A DNA stretch of 64,000 nt from Leucoraja erinacea. Its lineage: Eukaryota. This document shows, piece by piece, positions 1 through 11,394 of the stretch. Every line of letters starts with the position of its first letter. The stretch's first letter is position 1. The notes under the pieces were generated by a model. The model worked only from the letters and a program-made list of their open reading frames with translations, was not told the DNA's origin and did no database searches. The stretch is taken from assembly GCF_028641065.1 (NCBI RefSeq), contig NC_073405.1, positions 14,508,001 to 14,572,000 of the forward strand. Direction: 5' to 3'. A program made the position numbers and the translations under genes.

Positions 1-39
1 CAGTGCCCAAGATGAGATGTTCCATGCCAGGATATCTGA

Positions 40-520
40 GATGTTCTCATTCTTTAGGGAGTTCCCCTCTTCCATACATGAGGCCCTCACACATCTTTCC
101 TCGGTACCCCACAGCTCCGCTCTTGCTCCCCCTCCCCTAGTCTGAACAGAAATAGTCCCCCTAGTCCTTACCTTTCACCCCATCAGCTGTCGCATGCATA
201 ATCCTCTGACATTTAGGCCACCTCCAACGGGATCCCACTACTTGTCACATCTCCCCATCTCCACCCCGCAGAGACTGTTCCCTCCGCAACTCCCTGGTTA
301 ATTCATCCCTTCCCACTCAAACCATCCTCTCCCCAGGTACCTTCCCCCACAACCGCAGGACATGCATCACTTGTCCCTCCCTATACCTCCTCCCTCAAAT
401 TGGTCCAGGGACCCCCACAGTCCTTTCAGGTATCCGTTGTTCAAGGTGTGGACTCTTATACATCGGTGAGACCAATCGTAGACTAAGCTTTCGTTTCACC
501 GAACACCTTCGCTCAGTACA
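40..520 (+). mobile_element. Degraded Penelope-like element fragment (region upstream of and into GIY-YIG)
   Basis: Collinear with 35770-36130 (gggatcccacta..., ctccgcaactccctgg, tacatcggtgagaccaa = YIGET). Confidence 0.8.
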
Positions 521-636
521 GAGCAATCTTGGTCTCCAAGTCCACAGCTCCCTGAAAGTGGCAATACAAGTAGATATTGTGGTGAAGAAGTGATACGGTA
601 TGCTTGGTCAGGGCATTAAGTATAACAGTCAGGAAG

Positions 637-2242
637 TCTTCTTCTTCGAGTCCGTTGCAATCTCAGATGTCGTTCTGCCAGTATCTGGCGCAGGTCACAG
701 CTGGTCGGGTCGGTTCAGCCAGGTCCTGGGGGCTGCACTGGGGGGCGTCGTCACACTCCAGTAGGTGGGACATTGTCTGTACTGCTCCACAGCTGCATGT
801 GTCTTCTGCCTGGTATTTCCATGCTTTCATAAGTGCTTTGCACCTCCCCTGCTCCACTCGTAATCTGTTGAGGGTCTTCCAGGTTGGCCATGGGAGGTCG
901 TGCCCGCTGGCGAGGCATTCGGTCGGAGTGATTCCTCTCTCCATCCAGTCGTGGGCTCGTGTGTTGAGCTGGTTCCATTCATCTTTCCAGATGTTGGTCC
1001 TTGCTGTTTCTTTGGTTGTCTGGAGAGGTGGGACTGTCTGCAAGAAACTGGCTCTAGATTTCAGTCGGGGTGGAGGTGCTGTGTGTCCGTGCAGGGGGTG
1101 CCTGGTATCGATCTCCTGTGCTCTCCGCTCGTCTTGGGCGACGATGGATCGTCTGATATGGGGGGGGGGGGGGGCAATACCAGCTAGGGCGTAGAGGCAC
1201 GGGACTGGCGTTGTCTTTATGCATCCCGTGATAATGCGGCAGGTGTCGTTGAGGGCTGTGTCAACCAGTTTGGTGTGGTGGGAGCGGCTCCAGCTTGAGC
1301 ACGCGTATTCAGCTGTGGAGAAGCACAGGGCTAGGGCAGTTGCACGGATGGTTGGTGGATCAGCGCCCCACTTTGAGTTTACCAGTTTGCGCAGGATGTT
1401 GTTGCGAGTGTTGACCTTGGCTTTGGTGTTCTGAAGGTGGGTTTTGAAAGAGAGTGTCCTGTCGAGTGTGACTCCGAGGTACACGGGGTGGAGGTGGTTG
1501 GAGAGTTTGTGGCCATCCCATGAGATGCTCAGTTGTTTTCCTGCATCTCGATTTTTAAGATGGAAGCTGCATAGTTGGGTTTTTGATGGGTTGGGTTTCA
1601 GGTGGTTGTTATTGGAGTAAGTTGTCATCTCTTGGAGGGCGCTTTCCAGGACAGACTCGATCTTCTGGAAGTTCTCCTGTTGGGCGGTGATGCAGAGGTC
1701 ATCAGCATAGATGAAGCGGCGGCATTGTGGGGCAAGTGTTTGGTCGTTGGTGTAGATGTTGAAGAGGAGGGGGGCCAGTACGCTGCCTTGTGGTAGGCCA
1801 TTCTTTTGGGTTTTCCATTTGCTCTTCTTGTCGTTTAGTTGAACGAAGAAGTGCCTGTTGTTGAGAAGGCTTTTGATGACTTGACACAGGTCGAGGTCAC
1901 CAGTCATGTCAAAAAGTTTCCTGATCATGGTGCGGTGCTGGACAGTGTCATAGGCAGCGGTGAGATCTATGAAAGCTGCTCCGGTGATGAGTTTGCACTC
2001 AAAACCGTCCGCCATGCGTTGGGTGAGGTTCAGTAGCTGCCCGGCACAGGAGTGGCCAGGGCGGAAGCTAGCTTGATCTTTAGTAAGCATGGAGTCTATA
2101 AGTGGCATAAGGCGTTGGAGTAGTAGCCTCTCGTAGAGCTTGTAGGTGATGCAGAGGAGGGAAATGGGTCTGTAGCTCTTTGGGGATGATGGGTCCTTTC
2201 CAGGTTTGGGAATTGCGACAGTCTTGGCCTTTCTCCATACAG
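637..2242 (-). mobile_element. RTE-clade non-LTR retrotransposon, 5'-truncated, with (GAA)n tail
   Basis: RT ORF ends at 663, followed by a very short 3' UTR and a GAA-repeat tail (tcttcttcttc on + at ~637-648). Truncated at the hAT terminus at 2243. Confidence 0.85.
663..2240 (-). CDS. Reverse transcriptase ORF of the RTE-like LINE (open, N-terminally truncated)
   Basis: Frame is open upstream of the annotated Met (VWRKAKTVAIPKPGKDPSSPKSYRPISLL). Motifs FIDLTAAYD, GLPQGSVLAP, YADD, YLGV and C-terminal CSCGAVQTMSHLLEC. Confidence 0.9.
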   Translation of the reverse strand, partial: VWRKAKTVAIPKPGKDPSSPKSYRPISLLCITYKLYERLLLQRLMPLIDSMLTKDQASFRPGHSCAGQLLNLTQRMADGFECKLITGAAFIDLTAAYDTVQHRTMIRKLFDMTGDLDLCQVIKSLLNNRHFFVQLNDKKSKWKTQKNGLPQGSVLAPLLFNIYTNDQTLAPQCRRFIYADDLCITAQQENFQKIESVLESALQEMTTYSNNNHLKPNPSKTQLCSFHLKNRDAGKQLSISWDGHKLSNHLHPVYLGVTLDRTLSFKTHLQNTKAKVNTRNNILRKLVNSKWGADPPTIRATALALCFSTAEYACSSWSRSHHTKLVDTALNDTCRIITGCIKTTPVPCLYALAGIAPPPPHIRRSIVAQDERRAQEIDTRHPLHGHTAPPPRLKSRASFLQTVPPLQTTKETARTNIWKDEWNQLNTRAHDWMERGITPTECLASGHDLPWPTWKTLNRLRVEQGRCKALMKAWKYQAEDTCSCGAVQTMSHLLECDDAPQCSPQDLAEPTRPAVTCARYWQNDI

Positions 2243-3276
2243 TAGCAATGTTACAAAATTTTGAGATTTAAAAAATCAAGTCTGCAATTTATCCCATCAG
2301 AGAAAGCATAACAATAAGTTTAATTTGACACCTAATTCACTTTCATATCTCACGTAATAAAAAAGTTATGGCCATTACTCGTCATAATGCCATTAAGTCA
2401 TACTCGTCATACTCGGAAATTAGCATCTTGTTCCCTATTGATTTTCTATGGACATAACAAAAAAGCTGTGATCGTGGACAGTCAAAAGCCCATAACCTTC
2501 TTAAAAATTAAGAGAACTGAATGAAGTTTTCAGTTATCATAGATTGAAGCATTCTGAAACAAATATAAAATAATCTTACTTGGATGACCTGAAATTAAAG
2601 CATATAATTAGTTAGTTACCCAATTGTAGCTAATTTCAAACTTCAATTACTAGATCTAAACATCTATCCATTTCTTAATAAATGATTAACATTTTTAAAT
2701 AGCCCAAGTGTCCAAATAATATTCACAAATAATTCACAATAAAACATGATTTTTAAATCTCATTTACATCAATTTATGGGCCAAATGGAAGGAATTTAGT
2801 GTTCATTTGCTGTAAATTAAAGTCAATTTAAATCGGCTTTCTAGTGGGTTCCTGTGAACGCGCTGGTTTAGAACGTTCACATTGCGCTGGATTTGTGCCC
2901 TCAAGTGCCCAGAAAAATACTGCGGGATATAAAGAGCCCAAAATGAACTACTCGCTATAGAAAACTTTATACACAGGGTTATTTACAAGCCCCATTTAAT
3001 GTAAAAATAAGGTACATACCTTTAATTGTTTGCTTTATAAAACCCTGGGGCTGCGAGAGGTTGTGGAGTGAGAGAGTGATTTTTAAACTACTATAAATAT
3101 TATACAAGGCCATAAAAACTAATAATACCTTTTGCGACGGGGTCTTTCAGCGATTTTCCGTTAATGATTTACTAGGCTGAACATTTTCGATTGGAATAGC
3201 CTAGTAAAAATCGCGTTTTAAACCCGCCCCCTCTAAACAGCGCCAAAATCACACACGGGGTAGGGCAGATGCTCAG
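2243..3276 (-). mobile_element. Non-autonomous hAT-like DNA transposon, copy 1 (one end lost)
   Basis: Reverse complement of 60219-61256. Retains terminus TAGCAATGTTACAAAA at 2243; ~30 bp of the other end replaced by the CR1 junction. Confidence 0.85.
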
Positions 3277-4161
3277 ATAATAATCTGCTTTCCCGTTTTT
3301 GCCACCAAAATGGATAACCTCACATTTATCCACATTAAACTGCATCTGCCAAACATTTGCCCACTCACCCAGCCTATCCAAGTCACCTTGCAGTCTCCTA
3401 GCATCCTCCTCACAGGAAAGGGGGAGATGCAGCGAGACCTGGGTGTCATGGTACACCAGTCATTGAAGGTAGGCATGCAGGTGCAGCAGGCAGTAAAGAA
3501 AGCGAATGGTATGTTGGCTTTCATAGCAAGAGGATTTGAGTATAGGAGCAGGGAGGTTCTACTGCAGTTGTACAGGGTCTTGGTGAGACCACACCTGGAG
3601 TATTGTGTGCAGTTTTGGTCTCCAAATCTGAGGAAGGACATTATTGCCATAGAGGGAGTGCAGAGAAGGTTCACCAGACTGATTCCTGGGATGTCAGGAC
3701 TGTCTTATGAAGAAAGACTGGATAGACTTGGTTTATACTCTCTAGAATTTAGGAGATTGAGAGGGGATCTTATAGAAACTTTACAAAATTCTTAAGGGGT
3801 TGGACAGGCTAGATGCAGGAAGATTGTTCCCGATGTTGGGGAAGTCCAGGACAAGGGGTCACAGCTTAAGGATAAGGGGGAAATCCTTTAAAACCGAGAT
3901 GAGGAGAACTTTTTTCACACACAGAGAGTGGTGAATCTCTGGAACTCTCTGCCACAGAGGGTAGTTGAGGCCAGTTCATTGGCTATATTTAAGAGGGAGT
4001 TAGATGTGGCCCTTGTGGCCAAGGGGATCAGAGGGTATGGAGAGAAGGCAGGTACGGGATACTGAGTTGGATGATCAGCCATGATCATATTGAATGGCGG
4101 TGCAGGCTCGAAGGGCCGAATGGCCTACTCCTGCACTTAATTTCTATGTTTCTATGTTTCT
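3277..4161 (+). mobile_element. Young CR1 LINE 3' end with inverted 5' segment (3277-3414)
   Basis: Plus-strand ORF2 C-terminus (GKGEMQRDLGV...LVRPHLEYCVQFWSP), CR1 3' UTR and (TTCTATGT)n tail. 3277-3414 encodes the immediately upstream ORF2 segment on the minus strand. Confidence 0.92.
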
Positions 4162-4246
4162 AAATAGAGCTGCATTATGACTTCCTGACTCTTATACTTA
4201 ATGCATCCTAGCAATAAAGGCAATCACACCATACGCCTTGCTAGAG

Positions 4247-4462
4247 CAACTCAGTGGGTCTGGCAGCATTTCTGGAGAAAAGGAATAGGTGATGTTTCAG
4301 GTCCAGACCCTTCTTCAGACCCTTCAGGCTGAAAAAGTGTCTCGACCCGAAACATCACCTTTTCCTTTTCTTCAAAGATGCTACCTGACCCGCTAAGGTG
4401 CTCCAGCATTTTGTGTCTATCTTCAGTGTAAAACAACAGCATCTGTAGTTCCTTCCTACACA
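4247..4462. mobile_element. Penelope pseudo-LTR hairpin (two inverted hammerhead-like modules)
   Basis: Minus-strand gtctgaagaagggtctggacctgaaacatc (~4290-4320) abuts plus-strand ctgaaaaagtgtctcgacccgaaacatc (~4329-4357); arms are reverse-complementary. Confidence 0.75.
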
Positions 4463-4487
4463 ATGCATCTACATTTACACCTTGGTC

Positions 4488-4489
<2 letters not shown>

Positions 4490-4526
<37 letters not shown>
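4490..4526. repeat. (TA)n microsatellite, target of tandem Helitrons
   Basis: Pure TA run directly adjoining the Helitron CTAG terminus. Confidence 0.95.
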
Positions 4527-4527
<1 letters not shown>

Positions 4528-4976
4528 TAGACCAAGTGCAGACCCATTGGGTCTGCTCCTCCAACGCACCCGTTCCCTACCCATAGCCCCCACGGGTGAC
4601 GAGGTCCTCCAACTCAAGCCGTTCCCGAACATAAGATACCAGCACTCAGCAGTGCGGCTGTTTTTAAATGGCGTCTTTGAGGCGAGAGGCGGGCGCCAGC
4701 AGCCGTTATGGTCGCTGGCCAGCAGGAGGCGACAAAATGAGTGAATGGGGGCGGGGGGAGAAAGGTTTTATTAAAAATGTGTACATAAACACGACAAAAT
4801 TTAATCAGGAGCGGATACTTGGAATGAAAAGTGAAATCTCTACCAAAATGGAAAAAATCTAGGCGTTTCTGCGTCTGGTGTTGGCGTAGCAACGAATCAA
4901 AGGCTGGCACCCACAGGCTGGCAACCACAAGACAGGCAGAAACACACACACACACACACACGGTTTTAAATATAGA
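4527..4976 (-). mobile_element. Non-autonomous Helitron
   Basis: On minus strand: 5' A|TCTATATTTAAAA, 3' hairpin CAGACCC-AAT-GGGTCTG then CACTTGGT-CTAG|T. Inserted between A and T with no TSD. Confidence 0.8.
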
Positions 4977-4992
4977 TAGTTTTATATATATA

Positions 4993-5664
4993 CTAGACCA
5001 AGTGCAGACCCGTTGGGTCTGTTCCCCCAACGTGTGGTTGTGTGGGGGAGGCGGCTTGCAGCGTCACACACACTAACTACCCCCCCCCCCCCCCCCCCCC
5101 CCCCACTCACCCTATTTCCCCCCCTTGATATTATTTAAATATTTTGATTTTCCCCCTTTTCCCCCTAGGAGAGGAGGGGAGGAGGAAGAGATGGGAGGGG
5201 GGGAGAGAGAGGGATAGGGGGGGGGGGGGGAGAGAGAGAGAGTGTTTTTACTTCAATTCAAACCCAAACAACTATTTGCAGGCAGTGCTTTTTTACCTCT
5301 AACCATATTTTCATTTTCAAACCAAATTAAGGGTACTCACAGTGCTGAAGACATTTGTCAGTGTCATTCAAAGCTCTGATTGAGGCACACCACTTGCAGA
5401 GACTGATTGAGGCACACCACTTCCTGGTTTTATAGTCGCTCCCCCTCCTTCCAGCAGGGGCAGCAGAGAGAATGGGGAATGTTGTACAAACATTAATATC
5501 TCTGTCAATTTTCATCGACGGGAAAAATCCTCGGCACACACGCAGCGGAGGGGGGCTCTGAGCGAGGTGGCCAAAAATGGCGGCCGTAGGTGGCGGCGTA
5601 CTCTCGGAAATCGCAGCAAGGAAAGCCGGAACCGGTCAAGAACAGAGTTTTAGTAATATATAGA
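4993..5664 (-). mobile_element. Non-autonomous Helitron (second, tandem)
   Basis: On minus strand: 5' A|TCTATATATTACTAAAA, 3' hairpin CAGACCC-AAC-GGGTCTG, CACTTGGT-CTAG|T. Confidence 0.85.
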
Positions 5665-6421
5665 TGTATATATCACAAACAGGTCCCAAGAAAGTGCTGC
5701 TTTTTTGATCAAGAAAGGATAGTTTGAAGGGCATGTTTCTATGCTCTTTCTCTCTCTAATTTGTTCCCAAACGCAGCTACTGCCTATTTTAGATTTGTGG
5801 TTAAGAGACCTTGTGGTTAAGGCTCCTTTGGAGAGGTGTGATCAAAAAACTATTTAACCTTAGAGACAATGTGAGAACAAACACCTTGGATTTAAAATAT
5901 AAATATCTTCAACTTAAATAAGACCAATTACAAAGCTATAAAGTTGTCAGGGCTGGGCTGGGGAAATAGGGTTAATGAAAGACAAGTAGATAAGTAGAGA
6001 CAGGTCAAGGATATCTTGTAGTGGGTACAGTACATTCTGGAAGAGAAGGGTGAGCAGACAGAGGTCACAGTCCATATTGGCTCTTCCAACATAAGTATGA
6101 ATAGAGATGCGGTCCTACGAAGGAATTTAGGCAGTCAGCTGAAAAGTTGAAAATGAAGACCTTTAGGATTGTAATCTCAAAATTACTTGCGGTATCACAT
6201 AGCAATGAGTATCGAATTAGAATTATACTGCATTAAAACATGCCCTTTGGCCCAATTCATCCAAGCTGACTGAAAGGCCAAAGTATACTAATCCCATTTG
6301 AAAATGTTTAGCCCATAACCTTCTAAATCTTTCCTGTCCAAATAACTTTTTAAAGTTGAAATTATTTTTTAAAATGTTGTTGTCAGAAGTCAGAGGGGAG
6401 TGGCGGAAAGGTCTTATTCTG

Positions 6422-6562
6422 TCTTCTTCTTCTTGGGTATGACGTGCGCAGCCTACAGTTGTTGGACAACTTGTTCTATTTGATCTTATTTGATTGTGCA
6501 CGTTGGGTTGATTGCATTCGTCGAAACAGGGCGGACCACATGAAGGTTGCAATCTTCCACCC
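6422..6562 (-). mobile_element. Short retroposon 3' end with (GAA)n tail (RTE-like)
   Basis: tcttcttcttct tail on + followed by ~140 bp of CpG-retaining sequence; non-coding. Confidence 0.45.
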
Positions 6563-6614
6563 CGCTGGATGTGGGTGACCAGTGGATTGTCCACAGGGAT
6601 CAATTCTGGCATCT

Positions 6615-7226
6615 CTTTTGTTTGTGATATTATATACGCACTTTATTTTGGAGTTAGCCAATCTTCCCTTGCACGTCTCCAGTTGGTTCAGAATGCTGCT
6701 GCTCGCCTTTTAACTGGAACACGTAAGAGGGAGCACATAACGCCTATTCTGGCCTCCCTCCACTGGCTGCCTGTGTACTTTAGAGTTCATTTTAAGATTC
6801 TTTTGTTTGTTTTTAAATCTTTAAATGGTCTCGCCCTGCCTTACCTCTCTGAGCTGCTTCATCCCTACGCTCCTGCTTGGTGCCTCAGGTCAGCTGATCA
6901 GCTGCTCCTGGAGGTACCGAGGTCTAAGCGGAAGCTCAGAGGGGATAGAGCCTTCTCTGTTGCTGCTCCGACATTATGGAACACTCTACCTTTGCACATT
7001 AGACAGGCCCCTTCACTGTCCATTTTTAAAACCCTTTTCCATTCCTTGGCTTTCGCCCCTGCATGAGACTTTGCTCTTGTTTTAGTGTTTCTATTATTGT
7101 TTTTTATTGTTTTTACTGTCTTTTAATGTTTTTATTGTTTTATGTTTATGTCATGTACAGCACTTTGTTGCAACAGTAGTTGTTTTTAAAGTGCTCTATA
7201 AATAAAGTTCAGTTCCGTTCAGTTCA
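6615..7226 (+). mobile_element. L2 LINE 3' end
   Basis: LQLVQNAAARLLT...HITPILASLHWLPV...GDRAFSVAAPTLWNTLP, followed by a T-rich UTR, AATAAA and a short (GTTCA)n tail. Confidence 0.9.
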
Positions 7227-7227
7227 A

Positions 7228-8490
7228 TATAATGATTTGGATGAAAATGTAGATGGACGAGTGAGTAAGTTTGCAGCTGACAAAAAATAAATAAGATAAT
7301 CTAATCTCATCTACCAATAATTATACCCCATCTGTTATTTCTCTGATCCATATTCTCTCCATTCCCTGCCTATCCATGTGGCTATCTAAAAGCCTTGTAA
7401 ATGCTACTTTCTACCTCTACCACCACCTCTGGCAACGTTGTCCAGACACCAGCTATCCTCTGTGTAAAAAAGATTGACACTCACAACTCTAAACTTTCCC
7501 CCTCTTACCTTTAAAACGATGTCCTCCAGTCTTTAACATTTCCACTCTGGGAAAAGGGTTCTGGCTGTTTACCCAATCGCTGCCTCTCATAATTTGTATA
7601 TACTTCCTTCAGGTCTCCCCTCAACATCTGGCATTCTGGAGAACTCAATCCAAGTTTGTCCAACCTTTCCCTCTTACAAAAGTCAATTTGCTACAGTAAA
7701 TCACCTTGTGACCTAACCTTCTGGAACAACCTACCAAACCTTCATGAAAGATTTGGCTAAACTCCATGTAAACATCATCCACCAGCTTCTTGTTATTGAG
7801 AGAGGCAAGTGAGGAGGTTGCAGCGGCCTTGACGAATATCTTTGTCTTCTCTAGCCAGAGATGAGGTCCTGGACGACTGGAGAGTAGCCACTGTTGTTCG
7901 TTTGTTTAAGAAGGGAAGTAGAAATAATAGACCATGAGCCTCACATCTGTGGTAGGGAAACAATTGGAGCGAATTCTTTGAGATAGGATTTACTTCCACT
8001 TTGAAGGGAATGGGCTAATTAGGGACAGTCCCAGCAGGTCGTGTCTTATTGAGTTTTTGAGGAGGTGACGAAGGTGATTGATGAGGGTAGGGTGGTTAAT
8101 GTTATCCATTTGGGTTTCAGCAAGGCATTGGTAAAGTTCCCCATGGGTAGGCTGATCCAGAAGATTAAGATGCAAGGGATTCACAGTGACTTAATCATAT
8201 CGAATCAGTACTGGTTTACGCATAAAAGCAGAGGATTGTGGTGGAAGGATAATATTCAGGCTGTAGATCTGTGACCAGCAAGGTTCTGCATGGATCTGTG
8301 CTGAGACCTCTGCTATATATGTATATATAAATGACGTGGACATAAATGTAGACTGGTTGGTTAGTAAGTTTGCTAACGACACCAAGAGTTGCACACAGTG
8401 CGGAAGGCTGCCAACGTATACTGTGGGGTGTAGATCAGCTACGGAAATGGGTAGAATAAAGATCAGATGGAGTTTAATCCAAACAAATGT
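7228..8490. mobile_element. Mosaic of old CR1 fragments in both orientations
   Basis: RT remnants (KVIDEGRVVNVIHLGFSKA; SKFANDTK) on +, and 3' UTR-like sequence on - at ~7300-7680. Confidence 0.7.
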
Positions 8491-8519
8491 CAAGGTTGTG
8501 CAGTCACTTCCTTCATACC

Positions 8520-8920
8520 ATATCTACCATATCACATCACTGGATGATTCCCCCAAGAATCTTGCACCTCAGCACTAAAGTTATGTCTTCCCTTATCAAA
8601 AAGGCAACAACCCTAACTGCATCTCGATCATATACAGGGTCCATCATGGGTCTGACCTCCCCACCATCAAACAGGAGTCGCAGCCTCAAAAAGGCAGCCG
8701 GCATCATTAGAAACCCACACAACACACTAATTTCACTCCTGCGATTGGGAAGAAGATATAGGAGCCTAAAAACTGTAACATCCAGGTTCAGGAACAGCTT
8801 CTTCCCGAAAGCCATCAGGCTATTGAACACTACAACCTCCAAATAAGCACTGAACTACATAGACGTGGGGGCATCAGTTTTGTCTTTTTGCACTATTATT
8901 ATTTGTTTATTTGTTTTATG
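8520..8920 (+). mobile_element. Old Rex1/Babar-like LINE 3' fragment
   Basis: LKKAAGIIRNPH...GRRYRSLKTVTSRFRNSFFPKAIRLLN, homologous to the C-terminus of ORF 14675-15439. Confidence 0.7.
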
Positions 8921-9673
8921 TGTGTGTATGTATGTATGTATGCATGTATGTATGTACGTACATATATGTATGTATGCCCTGAGTTTGTCCGCCTTAAACC
9001 TCTCTTGTTTCTTTCCTCACTCTTCCCTACCTGTCGTGTTTGCTAACCTACCATTCTTTGACTACAATATTTGCCCACAAATTCTCATCTGCCTCCCTTC
9101 TACTCTGGGACCCTCCTCGCTGCCAATTTAGTTTAAAGCCTCCCAAGTGGCACCATCAAATCTCCTCGGGATATTGGTGCCATAACTCCAAGCACAGTAA
9201 TAGGCACTTCGCCCACAATGTCTGTGCTGAACATAACAAGACCAACTCATCTGCCTGCACATAATCCATATCCTGCATTGCCATGTATTTATTCTAAAGT
9301 TTCTTAAATGCCACAATCATATTTGCCTCCACCACCACCCCAACAGTGTGTTCCATGGACTCACCACCCTCTGTATAAAATAATTTGCCCGGCACAACTC
9401 CGTTAAACGTTGCTCCTCGCACCTTAAAGCTCTGCCCTCCAGTATTTGATATTTCCATCATAGGAAATAGATTCTGACTGCCTACCCTTTCTATGCCTCT
9501 CATAATTGTAAATACTATCAGTCTCCCCTCAAAAAGGCAGGAGAGGTTCGGGGGACGTTGTTACTTCAAATTGGAGAATTCAACGTTCATACCGTTGGGT
9601 TATAGGCTACCCAAGCGGAATCCTGTAAAGCTGCATTATGGCTTCTTGACTCTTATACTCGATGGCCAACTTA

Positions 9674-10004
9674 AAGCCCCGTCCCACGGTACAAGTTCAT
9701 TCCAAGAACTCTCCCGAGTTTGCCCAGATTCAAACTCGGAGATTTACGGTAATGGCCACTCGTCGGTACTCAGGGCTCTCGTGGGCATTTTTCAACATGT
9801 TGAAAAATCTTCACGAGTCTTCCCGTGCTTACCTGCCATCAGCGAGTCTTCCCGAGTACCTGCCGTTAGCGTTACAAGCCGCTAAGAGACGTCCCCGAGC
9901 TCCGAAGTACCCGCTACATTCATTCTCCGTGCTTACCACGAGTTTGATTTTTTTTTAAACTCGGGAGAGCTCTTGGAATGAACTCGTACCATGGGACAGG
10001 GCTT
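9674..10004. mobile_element. PIF/Harbinger-like MITE
   Basis: ~45 bp TIRs (AAGCCCCGTCCCACGGTAC...GTACCATGGGACAGGGCTT) flanked by TTA at 9671-9673 and 10005-10007. Confidence 0.85.
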
Positions 10005-10619
10005 TTAAAAAGGGAGGCATCACTCTATTTACTTGTGTTGCCTCTTCTTTTAGGGAGCTATGGACTTGGACCCCAAGATCTGCCTGATTAGAGGGATAAG
10101 GGCCCAATGTAAGCAAATGTGAGTGATGATGATATTTTATTGTCACTTGTACCTGGGAACAATGAAATTTTTTGTTTTTGGAAACAAATTACACAAACGA
10201 GTCAGCACAAAGGCACCGCAAAATTAGAAAAAGTACTCATCCCTTCTTCATTCCTCCCCCCGGGTCCCCATTAGTTCTCGGCGGTGCCCCCTGTGCCAAA
10301 TGATTTGTGCCAAACAACATGTTTCCAAGCTGTAGAACTCTATGATTCTCTATAAGTACCATAGCTATGAACTCTATGAGTACCACAGCACAGACTCTAA
10401 TTCACAATTGCTGCACCATCTGCTCCTAGGGGCTTTAGGGAATTTTCAGCAAAGCTCAGACATTCTCAAGGGAATCACAATTGGAAAAAGTCAAGAGCAT
10501 TTCCCAATGGGTGTGATTTCACCCAGAAATTATTGTTAGCGTGATGTAACGCGAGTTAAAGCATAGACGATTCACATGAGAAAGATGAGCAAATAGATCA
10601 CACACTGAGGCGGTTTCTA

Positions 10620-10935
10620 TTTGTGTAGGAAGGAACTGCAAATGCTGGTTTACACCAAAGTGAGACACAAAATGCTGGAGTAACTCAGCAGGTCAGGCAG
10701 TATCTCTGGAGAAAAAGAATAGGTGACATTTTGGGTCGAGACTCTTTTTCAGACTCAAACACATAGGTTGCTATTTGTTTGTCCAATAACGCCACCTGGT
10801 GGAGACACAGAGACTGCAGGTGCTGGCATCTTGAGCAAAGCCAAACTGCTTGAGGAACGCAGCAGGTCAGGCAGCATCTGCGGAGGAAAGGGATGGTCAA
10901 TGTTTTGGGTAGAGACCCCGCATTAGGACTGAGAG
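10620..10935 (-). mobile_element. Two degenerate Penelope pLTR/hammerhead-like modules
   Basis: Both contain gcagatgctg...actcagcaggtcaggcagcatct-type sequence and decayed cores (gtctgaaaaagagtctcgacccaaaatgtc). Confidence 0.65.
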
Positions 10936-11089
10936 TATAGAGGGAAGATAGGCAGCTTATGACAGTGAGAGAGAGGAGTGAGGAGAAGACTGGCAGATAG
11001 ATCATGGAATAGTACAGCACAAGAACAGGCCCTTCAACCTACAGTGTCTGTGTTGAACATGATGCCAAGATGATAGGTATAAACAGATA

Positions 11090-11200
11090 AGGAGGAGATG
11101 ATGGAGAGATGGAATCAGGTAGAGGAGGGGGAGGGAGATGAAAGGCGAAGGAGAGAGATGATGGAGAGATGGAATCAGGTAGAGGAGGGGGAGGAGATGG
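11090..11200. repeat. Purine-rich 60-bp tandem duplication
   Basis: gagatgatggagagatggaatcaggtagaggagggggag occurs at ~11095 and ~11155. Confidence 0.85.
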
Positions 11201-11394
11201 CAAAGGCGAACCAGGAGAGAAGAAACTCAGAAGGATATGTACATGGGTGATGGCAGGTTGAATACAGTAGGGGAGAGTAAAAAACTTAGAAGGCGAGGAG
11301 GGAGAAGTGGAAAAGGGGAACAAAGGGAGAGAAAGATTGCGTGCACAGGTGGGAGTGGGAAAGGAACATAGCAGGTGCAACTGGAAGCTGAAGA

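Noticed and set aside
604-1194. 196-aa plus-strand ORF
   Set aside because: Antisense shadow of the RTE RT ORF.
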